Assembly: GCA_026394395.1 (NCBI GenBank)
Contig: JAPKYK010000002.1
Location: 183,653-247,652 of the forward strand
Length of the DNA stretch: 64,000 nucleotides
DNA from: Methanomassiliicoccales archaeon
Lineage (GTDB): Archaea > Thermoplasmatota > Thermoplasmata > Methanomassiliicoccales > UBA472
Direction: 5' to 3'
A program made the position numbers and the translations under genes. Below are positions 1 through 9,237 of this stretch, one piece after another. The notes below the pieces were generated by a model. The model had not been told where the DNA came from and did not search any database. It saw only the letters and a program-made list of their open reading frames with translations. The first letter of the stretch is position 1. The number at the start of each line of letters is the position of its first letter.

Positions 1-1060
1 ACGTCACCACGCTGTAGATGTTGATCTCCGCCTGGCGCAGCGACGACGCCACATCGGCCAGCACTCCCAGCTTGTAGCCGGTGTTCTCCCCGAACACCTT
101 CACCAGGGAGAGGTTCTTCATGCAGGAGATGGACTTGATGCTCTTCTCCACGTTCTCCACCCCCTTGATGGCCGTCCCCGAGGCCTCCGGGCGAAAGACG
201 TTCTTTACCCGGATCTCGATATTGCCGGAACGCGCCGGTTCCATGGTCATGGGATGGACGATTTTAGCTCCGAAGTACGCCAGCTCGGCCGCCTCGTCGT
301 AGGTCAGCTGTGGGATCGGCCTGGCGGACGGAACGATCTTGGGGTCCACGCTCATGAACCCGTCCACGTCCTTCCATATCTCGAGGACCGAGGCGCCCAT
401 GGCGTTGGCCACGGCGGCCGCACTGTAATCGCTGCCGTTGCGCCCGAATACGGTGACGCTGCCCTCCGGCGCTCGTCCGAAGAACCCGGTGACCACCGGG
501 GTGACGCCATCGTGCATGATCTTCATCAATTTGGGGCGGATAGTGGAGCGGGTGGCCTCCAGGTTCACCGTGGCCGTCCCGTACTCGCCGTCGGTGATTA
601 TGCCCAGCTCGTCAGCGTCCATTGCCCGCGCCTTCATGCCCATCTCGTTGAGCAGGGCGGAGACGACGATCACGGAGAGGCGCTCCCCGAAGCACTGCAC
701 GTAGTCCCGGATGCGGGGATTGACCTCTTCGATGTAACTGGAACCGTAGAGCATGCGCTCCAGTTTGACCAGTTTCGCCACCAGCTCCTCCATGGCCTGG
801 GCCTGGCACTTTTCCGAGGATAAGGCCTCCTTGACCAGGTCGGTGTGCAATTTGGTGATGGCCTTCATGAAGTCGTCCACATCCTCCTCGGTCCGGGTGC
901 GGGAGATGAACTGGACCAGCATCTCGGTAACGCCGGAGACGGCGCTGAGGACCACGACCTTCTTCTCCTTCTCGACCATAATGATGCCAGCCACCTGGCG
1001 CATGGACTCCCCGGTCTTCAGCGAGGAACCGCCGAACTTCAGTACCTTCAGGTGCGGCAC
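1..1060 (-). CDS. lysC: Aspartate kinase (N-terminal ~353 codons; 3' end runs off the left window edge)
   Basis: Minus-strand translation from GTG at 1060 reads MPHLKVLKFGGSSLKTGESMRQVAGIIMVEKEKKVVVLSAVSGVTEML, the aspartokinase KFGGSS N-terminal signature. The frame stays open to position 1, where it reads GYKLGVLADVASSLRQAEINIYSVV (ACT-like). It is absent from the ORF track because it is edge-truncated. GAGGAG lies directly upstream of the GTG. Confidence 0.85.
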   Translation of the reverse strand, partial: MPHLKVLKFGGSSLKTGESMRQVAGIIMVEKEKKVVVLSAVSGVTEMLVQFISRTRTEEDVDDFMKAITKLHTDLVKEALSSEKCQAQAMEELVAKLVKLERMLYGSSYIEEVNPRIRDYVQCFGERLSVIVVSALLNEMGMKARAMDADELGIITDGEYGTATVNLEATRSTIRPKLMKIMHDGVTPVVTGFFGRAPEGSVTVFGRNGSDYSAAAVANAMGASVLEIWKDVDGFMSVDPKIVPSARPIPQLTYDEAAELAYFGAKIVHPMTMEPARSGNIEIRVKNVFRPEASGTAIKGVENVEKSIKSISCMKNLSLVKVFGENTGYKLGVLADVASSLRQAEINIYSVVT

Positions 1061-1707
1061 CTCCTCTTGACTATCATCTGGGGCGTCTCCACCAGCGCGC
1101 GGTCGGCCTCTTCCCTGGTAAGACCGGCGGCCAGCGCGATCTGCGTGGCCGTGACCAGGTCTATCAGGTCCCCCGGGCTGTGCGCGTCGGTGTTGACCAC
1201 CATGTGGGCCCCGGCCTGCTGGGCCATGCGGGCCACGTGCCCGTTGGTCTTGCAGTGCGAGCCGCGGGAGGTTATCTCCAGCACCACGCCGTTGTCCCGG
1301 GCATGCTGTGCTTCCTCCAGGGTGATGAACCCAGGGTGCGCCAGGATGTCCACCTCGGGGTTCATGACCGCCGCCAGGTTGGTCCCCTTCTCCACCGGCT
1401 CGCTTATCGTTTCACCGTGAATCACCACGATCTCCGCCCCCAGCTTGCGTGCTTTGGAAACGACCTCGTCGATGCGGCGCACGGGAACGTGCGTTATCTC
1501 CACTCCGACCAGCACTTTCATGCCCCATTCGGTGGCCAGGTCGGCGTCCCTCCTTCCTTCGGAAATGATCCGTTCCAGGTTGCTCAGCGAGGCGTGATCG
1601 GTGAACGCCAAGGTCTTCGTTCCCTTTACCAGGGCGCGGCGCGCCAGCTCGATCGGGAGCAGCTCGCCGTCGCTCATCAGAGTGTGGGTGTGCAGTTCGG
1701 CCCTCAT
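1048..1707 (-). CDS. PHP-family metal-dependent phosphoesterase, probable histidinol-phosphate phosphatase
   Basis: 219 aa. N-terminus [14 protein letters not shown] is the PHP-domain HxH motif, with later DH and TDAH motifs. It is translationally coupled (ATGA overlap 1704-1707) to hisIE at the end of the his operon. Confidence 0.7.
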   Translation of the reverse strand: MRAELHTHTLMSDGELLPIELARRALVKGTKTLAFTDHASLSNLERIISEGRRDADLATEWGMKVLVGVEITHVPVRRIDEVVSKARKLGAEIVVIHGETISEPVEKGTNLAAVMNPEVDILAHPGFITLEEAQHARDNGVVLEITSRGSHCKTNGHVARMAQQAGAHMVVNTDAHSPGDLIDLVTATQIALAAGLTREEADRALVETPQMIVKRRCRT

Positions 1708-2306
1708 TTTCTTCTCTCCGCCAGTTTACGATAGACGTCCTCCCACTTTATCTCCATGCCTTCCATCGCCACCAACAGGTGGTAGACCAGGTCGGCGACC
1801 TCCCAGGCCTCCTCCTTCTCTTGGTGGTTCTTGGCGGCTAGCAGCACTTCCGCCGCTTCCTCCACCACCTTCTTCAGGCGCTTGTCCTCGTCCGCCAGGA
1901 GCTTGCAGGTATAGCTGCCCTCCACCGGGTGGGCCTTGCGGTCGCGGATGATCCGTATGAGCTCGGGGACCACGGCCATGGTGCCCTCGAGATCGCCGTA
2001 CACCACCTCGTCGAAGCAGGACATGCGCTCCAGGTGGCAGGCCACCCCGGTCTGCTTGACCCGCACGAGCAAGGTATCATTGTCGCAGTCCAGCTGGATG
2101 GAGACGATGTCCTGCACGTGGCCGGACGTTTCGCCTTTCATCCACTGGGCCTGCCGGGACCGGGAGTAGAAATGGGTTCGCCCGGTCTTCAGCATCTGGC
2201 GGTACGCTTCATCGTTGGCGTAGGCCATCATCAGCACCTCGTTGGTCTCGTGGTCTTGGACGATGACCGGTATCAGTCCGTTGGCATCGAACTTCGGGCT
2301 GCTCAT
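1704..2306 (-). CDS. hisI: Bifunctional phosphoribosyl-AMP cyclohydrolase / phosphoribosyl-ATP pyrophosphatase (HisIE)
   Basis: 200 aa. The N-terminal half (GLIPVIVQD...[17 protein letters not shown]...DCDNDTLL) is HisI-like. The C-terminal half (SYTCKLL...[15 protein letters not shown]...[11 protein letters not shown]) is HisE-like. Confidence 0.93.
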   Translation of the reverse strand: MSSPKFDANGLIPVIVQDHETNEVLMMAYANDEAYRQMLKTGRTHFYSRSRQAQWMKGETSGHVQDIVSIQLDCDNDTLLVRVKQTGVACHLERMSCFDEVVYGDLEGTMAVVPELIRIIRDRKAHPVEGSYTCKLLADEDKRLKKVVEEAAEVLLAAKNHQEKEEAWEVADLVYHLLVAMEGMEIKWEDVYRKLAERRK

Positions 2307-3058
2307 CTAACCTCAACTCCATTCTCTCGGAGATATTGCTTCACGTTCCCCACCGTGCACTGGCCGTAGTGGAATATGGAGGCTGCCAGCGCCGCCGCCG
2401 CCTTCGTCTCTTTCAAAACCTCCAGGATATGCTGCGGCGAGCCGCAGCCCCCGGAGGCGATGACCGGTATGTCGACCGCGTCCGCCACCGCCCTTGTCAT
2501 AGCAATATCGTAACCGTCCTTAGTGCCGTCGGCGTCCATGCTGGTCAACAGGATCTCCCCGGCCCCCAGCTCCTCCACCCGGCGGGCCCATTCCACCATG
2601 TCCAGGTTGGCGTTCTTGCGCCCCCCGTGCGTGTACACGGTCCAGGAGCCCCCCTGGCGCTTGGCGTCTATGGCCACGACGACGCATTGCGAGCCGAAGT
2701 CCTTGGCGCACTCGGAAACGAGGTCGGGGTGCTGCACGGCGACGGTGTTCACGGACACCTTGTCCGCGCCGGCGTTGAGGGCCTTGCGCATGTCGTCCTT
2801 CTCCCGGATCCCACCGCCCACGGTAAGCGGGACGAAGAGGCGCTTGGCCGTCTCCTCGACGATGCCCAGCAAGGTCCGTCGCCCCTCGGCGCTGGCGGAG
2901 ATGTCCAGGAAGACGATCTCGTCCGCCCCCTGCTTCTCGTACGCTTCGGCAAGCTCCGGCGGGTACCCCACGTCCTTCAGGTCCAGGAACTTGATCCCTT
3001 TGACCACCGCCCCGTCCTTCACGTCCAGGCAGGGGATTATCCGTTTGGTCAGGCTCAT
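2303..3058 (-). CDS. hisF: Imidazole glycerol phosphate synthase, cyclase subunit
   Basis: The track ORF 2303..3514 carries a spurious Arg/Pro-rich N-terminal extension. The real start is ATG at 3058, giving [21 protein letters not shown]...GADKVSVNT...ASGG (HisF signature). ATGA overlap with the hisB stop. Confidence 0.93.
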   Translation of the reverse strand: MSLTKRIIPCLDVKDGAVVKGIKFLDLKDVGYPPELAEAYEKQGADEIVFLDISASAEGRRTLLGIVEETAKRLFVPLTVGGGIREKDDMRKALNAGADKVSVNTVAVQHPDLVSECAKDFGSQCVVVAIDAKRQGGSWTVYTHGGRKNANLDMVEWARRVEELGAGEILLTSMDADGTKDGYDIAMTRAVADAVDIPVIASGGCGSPQHILEVLKETKAAAALAASIFHYGQCTVGNVKQYLRENGVEVR

Positions 3059-3606
3059 CTCTTGCTCACCTTGGGGCGGTCCTTGGTGCTGAGCTCCTTG
3101 GACCGCGGCCTCACCGCGGCCTGGAGGGCCTTTCCTAAGGCTTTGAAGGTGGCCTCGATGAGGTGGTGCTCGTCGTACCCCCGCAATATCAGCACGTGCA
3201 GGGTGATGTCCGAGGACATGGCGAAGCTGCGGAGGAAGTGGGTGTACAGCGGGTCGGGGCAGTCCAGGTCGGCGTACGGCCTTTCGATTATGTCCACCAC
3301 CACCTGCACTAGGGCGTCGTCCATGGGCATGAGGGAGGAGGCGGTGCGCTCGATGGGCGTCTCGCCCAGGCTCTGCCTCAACGTCTTGCCTAGGACTATA
3401 GCAACATCCTCCACCAGGTGGTGCACGTCGTCGCCCGTGGCCTGCACGGTCAGGTTGAAATTGGCGTAGCGGCCCAGGGTCTCGACCATATGGCGCAGGA
3501 ACTGGTCGTCGCACTCCACCCTGGTCTCTCCCACCCCGTCCAGTTCCAGCACGATGCGCACCTCGGTCTCCCGGGTCTTGCGCACCAACTCCGCTTTCCT
3601 TACCAT
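3055..3606 (-). CDS. hisB: Imidazoleglycerol-phosphate dehydratase
   Basis: 183 aa; [31 protein letters not shown] and [17 protein letters not shown] are IGPD motifs. Confidence 0.93.
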   Translation of the reverse strand: MVRKAELVRKTRETEVRIVLELDGVGETRVECDDQFLRHMVETLGRYANFNLTVQATGDDVHHLVEDVAIVLGKTLRQSLGETPIERTASSLMPMDDALVQVVVDIIERPYADLDCPDPLYTHFLRSFAMSSDITLHVLILRGYDEHHLIEATFKALGKALQAAVRPRSKELSTKDRPKVSKR

Positions 3607-3610
3607 GCCA

Positions 3611-4312
3611 TCAGCTCCGAAATACTTTATGATTCAATTTTCCAGTATAAAGCGCTAATCCCACCACCGCCTCCAGGACGCCCATTCGCCGCAGGGCCTC
3701 GACGTCCCTCTGGTCGGTGACGCCGCCGGAGACGATGGTCAGGTGCGGGCATCTGGACACGAAGGAGCGCACCGCCCCTTCGTCTATGCCTTGGGCTTGC
3801 CCCTCCACGTCCACGTTGGTGAACAGGACGCCGGCCAAGGGAACGCTCTCGATCTCCTTGAACACGGTCTCCATGTCCAGTCCGGCATCGGCCTTCCAGC
3901 CGTGCGTCTGGATCTTCCCGCCCTTCATGTCCATGGCCAGGACCACCCTCTTGGGGTACTTACCAGCCATGGTCCTCAGCCACTCAGGGTCCTGCAGTCC
4001 CTTGGTGCCCACGATGACCCGGTCCGCGCCGCAGTCCAGGTAATACTCCGCCACCTCTGTCGAACGGATGCCGCCGCCGACCTGCACCGGCATCTTCACC
4101 GAAGCGATCACCCTCCGGATGGTCTGGGCGTTGTGCCCCTTCCCCAGGGCGGAGTCCAGGTCTATTATGTGCAACCGCTGGGCGCCTTGGGCCTCCCAGT
4201 CCTTGGCCGTGGTCAAAGGGTCGGGCAGCACCACCTGCTCCGTGCCCGGGACGCCGCCCACCAGCTGCACCACACGGTGGTCCAGTATGTCCACCGCGGG
4301 CATGACCATCAT
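3611..4312 (-). CDS. hisA: 1-(5-phosphoribosyl)-5-[(5-phosphoribosylamino)methylideneamino]imidazole-4-carboxamide isomerase
   Basis: The real start is ATGATG at 4312 (the track ORF is over-extended to 4783). The product MMVMPAVDILDHRVVQLVGG...QVGGGIRS...SGGV is a HisA (beta/alpha)8 signature. ATGA overlap with the hisH stop. Confidence 0.9.
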   Translation of the reverse strand: MMVMPAVDILDHRVVQLVGGVPGTEQVVLPDPLTTAKDWEAQGAQRLHIIDLDSALGKGHNAQTIRRVIASVKMPVQVGGGIRSTEVAEYYLDCGADRVIVGTKGLQDPEWLRTMAGKYPKRVVLAMDMKGGKIQTHGWKADAGLDMETVFKEIESVPLAGVLFTNVDVEGQAQGIDEGAVRSFVSRCPHLTIVSGGVTDQRDVEALRRMGVLEAVVGLALYTGKLNHKVFRS

Positions 4313-4905
4313 CTGCACTCCTCCGCGAAGCGCACGAAGCCGTTCAGGAACTCCAGTCCGGCCGCGGAGCTCTTCTCCGGGTGGAACTGCGTCCCGTAGG
4401 TGTTCCCCTTGTGGAACAAGGTGGGGAACTCCCCGTAATAATCGGTATGGCCAACGTCGGAGTAGTCCTCCGGGCGGCCGTGGTAGGAGTGGGCGAAATA
4501 GAAGTACGGCTCGCTGATGTTGCGCATGATGTGGTCCTCCGACTCCACACGGTTCCAGCCCATGTGCGGGACCCGGGGTGCCTTCAGCCGCACAACCCTG
4601 CCTTTCAAATAACCGAGCCCAGGGCTCGTTCCTTCCTCGCTCCCCTCGAACAGTATCTGCATGCCGATGCACACCCCCAGGCAGGGCACGCCGTCCTCCA
4701 GGCGGTCCACTATCACGTCCCGGTGGGGCAGCAGCCGCTCCAAGGTCTTGTCGAAGGCCCCCACGCCGGGAAGCACGATGCACTCGGCCTCCGGCAGCTT
4801 GGACATGTCATCGATGACGGTCACCTGCGCCCCGCAGAGCTCCAGGGCCTTGCGTATGCTGTGCAGGTTGCCGACCCCGTAGTCGGCCATGGTGACCTTC
4901 AGCAT
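4309..4905 (-). CDS. hisH: Imidazole glycerol phosphate synthase, glutamine amidotransferase subunit
   Basis: Start at ATG 4905 gives MLKVTMADYGVGNLHSIRKALE...LPGVGAF...GVCIGMQIL...FHPEKS, a class I GATase triad context. One-nt overlap with the hisC stop. Confidence 0.9.
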   Translation of the reverse strand: MLKVTMADYGVGNLHSIRKALELCGAQVTVIDDMSKLPEAECIVLPGVGAFDKTLERLLPHRDVIVDRLEDGVPCLGVCIGMQILFEGSEEGTSPGLGYLKGRVVRLKAPRVPHMGWNRVESEDHIMRNISEPYFYFAHSYHGRPEDYSDVGHTDYYGEFPTLFHKGNTYGTQFHPEKSSAAGLEFLNGFVRFAEECR

Positions 4906-5948
4906 TACCCTAGGACCTCCCCGATCTTGCGCAATAAGGTGGAGTTCATCTCCCTGGTGCCTATGGTCGTCCGTACGCAATTCTCCAGGCGGCGCTCCTT
5001 GCCGAAGTCCCGCACCAGCACGCCCTTGTCCGCCAGTTTACTGGTCAGCGCGTCCGAGGGCACCGTGGAACGGAACAGCATGTAGTTAGCCTCGGAGGGG
5101 AACACATCGAATCCCAGGTACCTCAGCCCCCTCTCCAGGTACGGCCTCTCCTCCTTCACGACGCGCACGCTCCTCTCCAGGAACTCCCGGTCCTTCAAGG
5201 CGGCCATGGCCACCCTCTCCCCTATCATGTTGAGCGAGTAGGGGATCTTGACCTTCTGCAGGGCTTCGGCCATCTCCTCGCCCGCGACCAGGTAGCCCAC
5301 GCGCATACCCGCCAGTCCGTACGCTTTCGAGAACGTCCGGGTGACGATTAGGTTGTCATACTTCTTGACCAGGGGGATGAAGGACATACCGGCGTACTCC
5401 CCGTAGGCCTCGTCCACCACCACCGGACGGTCGTTCCCTTCGATGACTGCCTTGACGTCGTCCAGGCGAAAAGTGTTGGAGGTGGGGTTGTTAGGCGTGC
5501 AGATAAGCGCCAGCTTTCCTTTGGCGTCGTTCATCTTCTCTACGACCAGCTGGAACTCGTCGTCCAGGTCTACGGTGACGGTCCGCCCGCCGTTAATCTT
5601 CACGAAGAAGGAGTGCAATACGTACGCAGGGTGGGCGGTGATGACCATCTCGCCCGGCTCCACGAAGGTCTTGATGATGATGTCCAACGCTTCGTCGGAA
5701 CCGTTGCCCACCACGAAGTTCTCCGGACGCAGCTTGTACAGCTCCGCGAGAGCGCCCCTCAGCCCGTCTCCGTAGGTGCTCGGGTACTGTCCAACGTCCA
5801 GCGAGGCGCATTCCTTGAGCGCACGTTGCCCGGCGGGGTTGGCCCCCAGGGCGTTGGTGCTGGTGTCCATGCGCAGCTTGTCCCCCACCTGGGGGTTGTA
5901 GTAGAGCTGCAGGTCCCGGCAGCTGCTGCGTATCCAGTTCTTGTCCAT
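4905..5948 (-). CDS. hisC: Histidinol-phosphate aminotransferase
   Basis: 347 aa class II aminotransferase (NPNNPTSN-like PNNPTSN, TFSKAYGLAGMRVGY with the PLP lysine) in his-operon context. Confidence 0.9.
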   Translation of the reverse strand: MDKNWIRSSCRDLQLYYNPQVGDKLRMDTSTNALGANPAGQRALKECASLDVGQYPSTYGDGLRGALAELYKLRPENFVVGNGSDEALDIIIKTFVEPGEMVITAHPAYVLHSFFVKINGGRTVTVDLDDEFQLVVEKMNDAKGKLALICTPNNPTSNTFRLDDVKAVIEGNDRPVVVDEAYGEYAGMSFIPLVKKYDNLIVTRTFSKAYGLAGMRVGYLVAGEEMAEALQKVKIPYSLNMIGERVAMAALKDREFLERSVRVVKEERPYLERGLRYLGFDVFPSEANYMLFRSTVPSDALTSKLADKGVLVRDFGKERRLENCVRTTIGTREMNSTLLRKIGEVLG

Positions 5949-5957
5949 GCAGGCACC

Positions 5958-6821
5958 TCAGGGGACCATGCGGTCGATGGGCGTGAGCAGTATTCCTGTC
6001 GCTCCCATGCGCTTGAGCTTGATGATGGCGTCGTAAGCGTCCGTCTTGTCGATGACCACGTGCACGGCCACGACGTCGTCCCGGCCGATGATGTTCATGA
6101 TGGTCGGGCCGGCGATACCGGGGAAGGATTTGCGGACCTCGTCCAGCGAGGTCTTCGGCACGTCGGCCATGAGATACTGTTTGTTCTCCGCCTCGGTGAC
6201 GCTCAGCATGGCGGAGATTATCTCCTGCACCTGCTGCTCGTGGCTCTCGTACGCTTTACGGTTGGCGATCACGACCGCTTGTGATTCGGCGACGACCGCC
6301 AGCTCGCGCAGGTGGTTCATCTTTAACGTTGAACCGCTGGAGACCAGATCGACGATTATATCGGCGACGCCCAGGTGCGGGGCGATCTCCGCCGCCCCGG
6401 CGATGGAGGCAATCTCCACCTTCTTGCCCAGCTTCTCGAAGTACTTGCGGGTCATGTTGGGGAACGACGTCGCCACCACCAGCCCGTCGGGCAGGTCCTC
6501 TGGGCGCTTGACGTCCATGGCCTCCGGGACGGCCACGGATAGACGGCAGCGCCCGAAGTTGAGCTCGTAGGGCACGACGACGTCCAGGCCGGACTCCAGC
6601 ACCAGGTCGTAGCCGGTGATGCCCACGTCCACCGCTCCCTTGTGCACGAACTTGACGATGTCCTGGGCCCGGAGGAACATTACCGCCAGGTCCTGGCGCT
6701 TGACGTTGGCGTACAGCCTGCGCTCGTCCCCGTTCTCTATCTCCAGTCCAGCCTGCTTGAGGATCTCGATGGACCTCTCGCTCAGCCTTCCTTTGTTGGG
6801 TATGGCCAGCCTGAGTGTCAT
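5958..6821 (-). CDS. hisG: ATP phosphoribosyltransferase, long (HisZ-independent) form
   Basis: 287 aa; MTLRLAIPNKGRLSE...DVGITGYDL...DLVSSGSTLK plus a C-terminal regulatory domain. First gene of the his block. Confidence 0.92.
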   Translation of the reverse strand: MTLRLAIPNKGRLSERSIEILKQAGLEIENGDERRLYANVKRQDLAVMFLRAQDIVKFVHKGAVDVGITGYDLVLESGLDVVVPYELNFGRCRLSVAVPEAMDVKRPEDLPDGLVVATSFPNMTRKYFEKLGKKVEIASIAGAAEIAPHLGVADIIVDLVSSGSTLKMNHLRELAVVAESQAVVIANRKAYESHEQQVQEIISAMLSVTEAENKQYLMADVPKTSLDEVRKSFPGIAGPTIMNIIGRDDVVAVHVVIDKTDAYDAIIKLKRMGATGILLTPIDRMVP

Positions 6822-6933
6822 ATGATAACCCTTGGCAATACCCCATCAATGGACAAATGCTACTTATAATTACTGACACTCTGGTCGCGAACGCGCGTTT
6901 GTCCAGGAAGAATGACAAAAAAGAGACGTCCCG

Positions 6934-7659
6934 TCAGCGCTCGTAGCGCACCTTGGTGATACGGTCTTCGGGAATGTCGCAGCGGACCAATCGTGGAACG
7001 TCCCCGCCCATGCCCATCTTGCCGTTGATCATGACCAGCGCTCCCAACACGCCGTCGATGGCCAGCACCCCACGGAGCGCCTTGTCCATGGTGGTGACGT
7101 CGTCATCGGAGATCATGTTCCCCAACTTCGTGGCGCAGGCGTCGGCCAGGGCCACATCGTTCGAGATGACCGTGGCCAAGTCCGCCCGTCCCAGGGAGAT
7201 GGAAGGGCCGATGGTGCCGGAGGACGTGCATATCCCGTACAGCTTCCTGGTCGGCGGCACCTCTAATGCCATGTATATGGGCGAGGCCTCTCCGGCGTAG
7301 AGCCCCACGGTCACCGTCTTGGAGGTGCGCATGGCGATGTCACCACCGTTATCCACCATGCAGTGCTTGCAGCCGGCCTTGGTCATGGTCATCACCGCCT
7401 GCTCGCTGATAGCCCCGGCCACCGCGGCCATGGGCCCCACACCGGCCTTCTGGGCCGCCAGGCACATGCGCTTGACCACTTCGTCCATGTCCGGAGCGAC
7501 GGGGTAGGGATCGAAGGTGGTCTTGAAGTACTCGTCCTTGGCGATGTAGGCCTCGACCTGCTGGCGGGCGTCCATAATCGCCGTCTCGGCCATGGATAGG
7601 TACTCTTCCGCCGCTTCGATGGTCACGGCGGTCTCGCGGATCTCGAAGTGCTTTCTCAT
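6934..7659 (-). CDS. UPF0280 / COG2122 ApbE-like protein (sulfide-assimilation accessory protein of the archaeal homocysteine pathway)
   Basis: The real start is ATG 7659 (MRKHFEIRETAVTIEA...). The track ORF start at 7719 overlaps the upstream gene. ATGA overlap with the NIL-ferredoxin gene. GPMAAVAGAISE and DNGGDI are ApbE-like motifs. Confidence 0.75.
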   Translation of the reverse strand: MRKHFEIRETAVTIEAAEEYLSMAETAIMDARQQVEAYIAKDEYFKTTFDPYPVAPDMDEVVKRMCLAAQKAGVGPMAAVAGAISEQAVMTMTKAGCKHCMVDNGGDIAMRTSKTVTVGLYAGEASPIYMALEVPPTRKLYGICTSSGTIGPSISLGRADLATVISNDVALADACATKLGNMISDDDVTTMDKALRGVLAIDGVLGALVMINGKMGMGGDVPRLVRCDIPEDRITKVRYER

Positions 7660-8060
7660 ATTCGGAAGTTCATCGCTCCTGGCGGGCAGGCGTCGATGCA
7701 CATCCCGCAGGCGATGCACTTCTCGGCGTCATAGCGCACCTTCCATACCGAACGGTCCATGGTCAGGGCCTCCACTGGACAAATGGAGATGCACATGCCG
7801 CAATGGGTGCAGCGCCCCTCGTCCTTGTCCACGTAGTTGGTCAGCTCCTGCACGTCGACCCTGGCCTCGTTCAAGAATCGAACCGCGTCCCTGATGCTGG
7901 CGGCCTTGCCCTCGACCTCCATGAGCAATCGTCCGCCCATCTCCCGGACCTCCGCCCGCAGGATGTTGATCCGCAGGTCGTAGTCCTTGACCAGGTGGTA
8001 TACGACCGGCTCGTTGACCAGGTCGGGGGTGAATCCGAGCATGAACTTCTTCTTGACCAT
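7656..8060 (-). CDS. NIL domain + 2x[4Fe-4S] ferredoxin-domain protein (MA1822-like)
   Basis: 134 aa. The N-terminal NIL-like domain is followed by CTHCGMCISICP and CIACGMCIDACP cluster motifs. Confidence 0.85.
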   Translation of the reverse strand: MVKKKFMLGFTPDLVNEPVVYHLVKDYDLRINILRAEVREMGGRLLMEVEGKAASIRDAVRFLNEARVDVQELTNYVDKDEGRCTHCGMCISICPVEALTMDRSVWKVRYDAEKCIACGMCIDACPPGAMNFRI

Positions 8061-9226
8061 CAGACCGCCTCCTCCCGGGAACGAACCTCGAGCGTGCCCA
8101 CGCTGCGGTCCTCGGGCAGCTGGGCCACCGGCTCGGTCAGAAGGAACTCCCCGTCCTCAATGCGTTCCGATAGAAGCTCGGCGATCTGCCTGGCCTTCAA
8201 GTAGCTAGATAGCGACGAGGTTCGCACTTCCTTACCGAAAAGCTCGACCTTGCCCGAGCGTAGCTCGGCGTAGGAGACGTGCTTTATGGGCCGGCGGTTC
8301 CTGGACTGCACGGAGTAGTCTATGATGGGAGCGAAGAGCTGCTCGTCGCTGACGGTCGTGGCCTTCAGCACCTCCTCGTCCAGTATCGGGATCGGCACGC
8401 CCACGCCCAGGGCCAGGGAAACGCCGTATCCGGGCAGGTTCAACGCCCTGACGAAATCGGGGGACATGCCCCGCAGGTCGCCGATGGTGGCCAGGTTGCG
8501 CGCGGCTCCCATCGGCACCCCGTTCTTGGTCTCCACGTTGGTACGGAACTGCGTGCCCTCCCAGGCCACGTAACCAGTGCCGCCGCCCAGGAATATCCTG
8601 GTGCCGATGCCGATGGTGCGCAGGGTGGGGTCGTTCATCAGCGGGGAGAGCTGCCCGGCGCTGGAGTAGGTGATGTTGCCGTATCCGGCCAGCAGCTTAC
8701 CCATGTAGGTGTAGAGCGTCCGTTCGGAGGAGTTCGTTCCCGCCGCATAGTTCTGATAGGCGTTGCGCGGGTTGAAAAGATAGGCCTGGTTCATGCTGTT
8801 CAGGGAGACGAAGGTGTCGATGTCCTTGCGCGGGTAGCAGTCGCTGCCGCTGGAGGACGCCTTCAGTCTAACAGGTTTTCCGGACACCAGGTCCTCGATG
8901 ACATGCGCCCCGCCGTAACCGGAGCTGTCGTTCTGCTTGAGCTCCGTGGCCCCGATGAAAGCGTCCACGGCGGCGAGGCCGGCGTAGGCCGGCACGTCGT
9001 TCAAGGTGACCTTCTGCATGCGGATCGGTGGCTCGGAATGACCAAAGTTGAGGAAGGCCCCGGAGGAGCACATGGCGCCGAAGGTTCCCGTCGTTACGAC
9101 GTCAACCTCCTTGGCGGCGCGCTCCAGGCCCTCGCTCTGGACGTAGGGTATGACCTCCTCGGCGGTCATGACCACCACGTCCCCGTTCTTGATCTTCGCG
9201 TTTATCTCGGCGACCGTCCGCTTCAT
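8060..9226 (-). CDS. COG1900-family homocysteine biosynthesis protein (aspartate-semialdehyde + sulfide route), no CBS domains
   Basis: 388 aa with no conserved enzyme motifs of standard Met pathways. The sequence type and its adjacency to NIL-ferredoxin, COG2122 and asd match the methanogen MA1821/MJ0100 family. Confidence 0.75.
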   Translation of the reverse strand: MKRTVAEINAKIKNGDVVVMTAEEVIPYVQSEGLERAAKEVDVVTTGTFGAMCSSGAFLNFGHSEPPIRMQKVTLNDVPAYAGLAAVDAFIGATELKQNDSSGYGGAHVIEDLVSGKPVRLKASSSGSDCYPRKDIDTFVSLNSMNQAYLFNPRNAYQNYAAGTNSSERTLYTYMGKLLAGYGNITYSSAGQLSPLMNDPTLRTIGIGTRIFLGGGTGYVAWEGTQFRTNVETKNGVPMGAARNLATIGDLRGMSPDFVRALNLPGYGVSLALGVGVPIPILDEEVLKATTVSDEQLFAPIIDYSVQSRNRRPIKHVSYAELRSGKVELFGKEVRTSSLSSYLKARQIAELLSERIEDGEFLLTEPVAQLPEDRSVGTLEVRSREEAV

Positions 9227-9237
9227 CCGGTACCCCC

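Noticed and set aside
2336-3469. Long plus-strand ORFs (e.g. 2336-3469, 8279-9460, 9310-10275, 14743-15822, 27811-29814, 42709-43521, 52397-53722) lie antisense to recognisable minus-strand genes.
   Set aside because: Their products are Arg/Gly/His/Leu/Val/Pro-rich low-complexity sequences with no family resemblance. The opposite strand encodes unmistakable conserved enzymes. Such shadow ORFs are expected in high-GC DNA.
3059-3514. The ORF track gives N-terminal extensions for hisF (to 3514), hisA (to 4783), hisH (to 4980), asd (to 10782), aroA (to 14099), UPF0280 (to 7719), pstB (from 37618), the EamA gene (from 18556) and the HCS-like gene (from 32633).
   Set aside because: The extensions overlap the preceding conserved gene, are Arg/Pro/Gly-rich, and are followed by an internal ATG. 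That ATG yields the canonical family N-terminus and an ATGA/TGATG junction with the neighbour.
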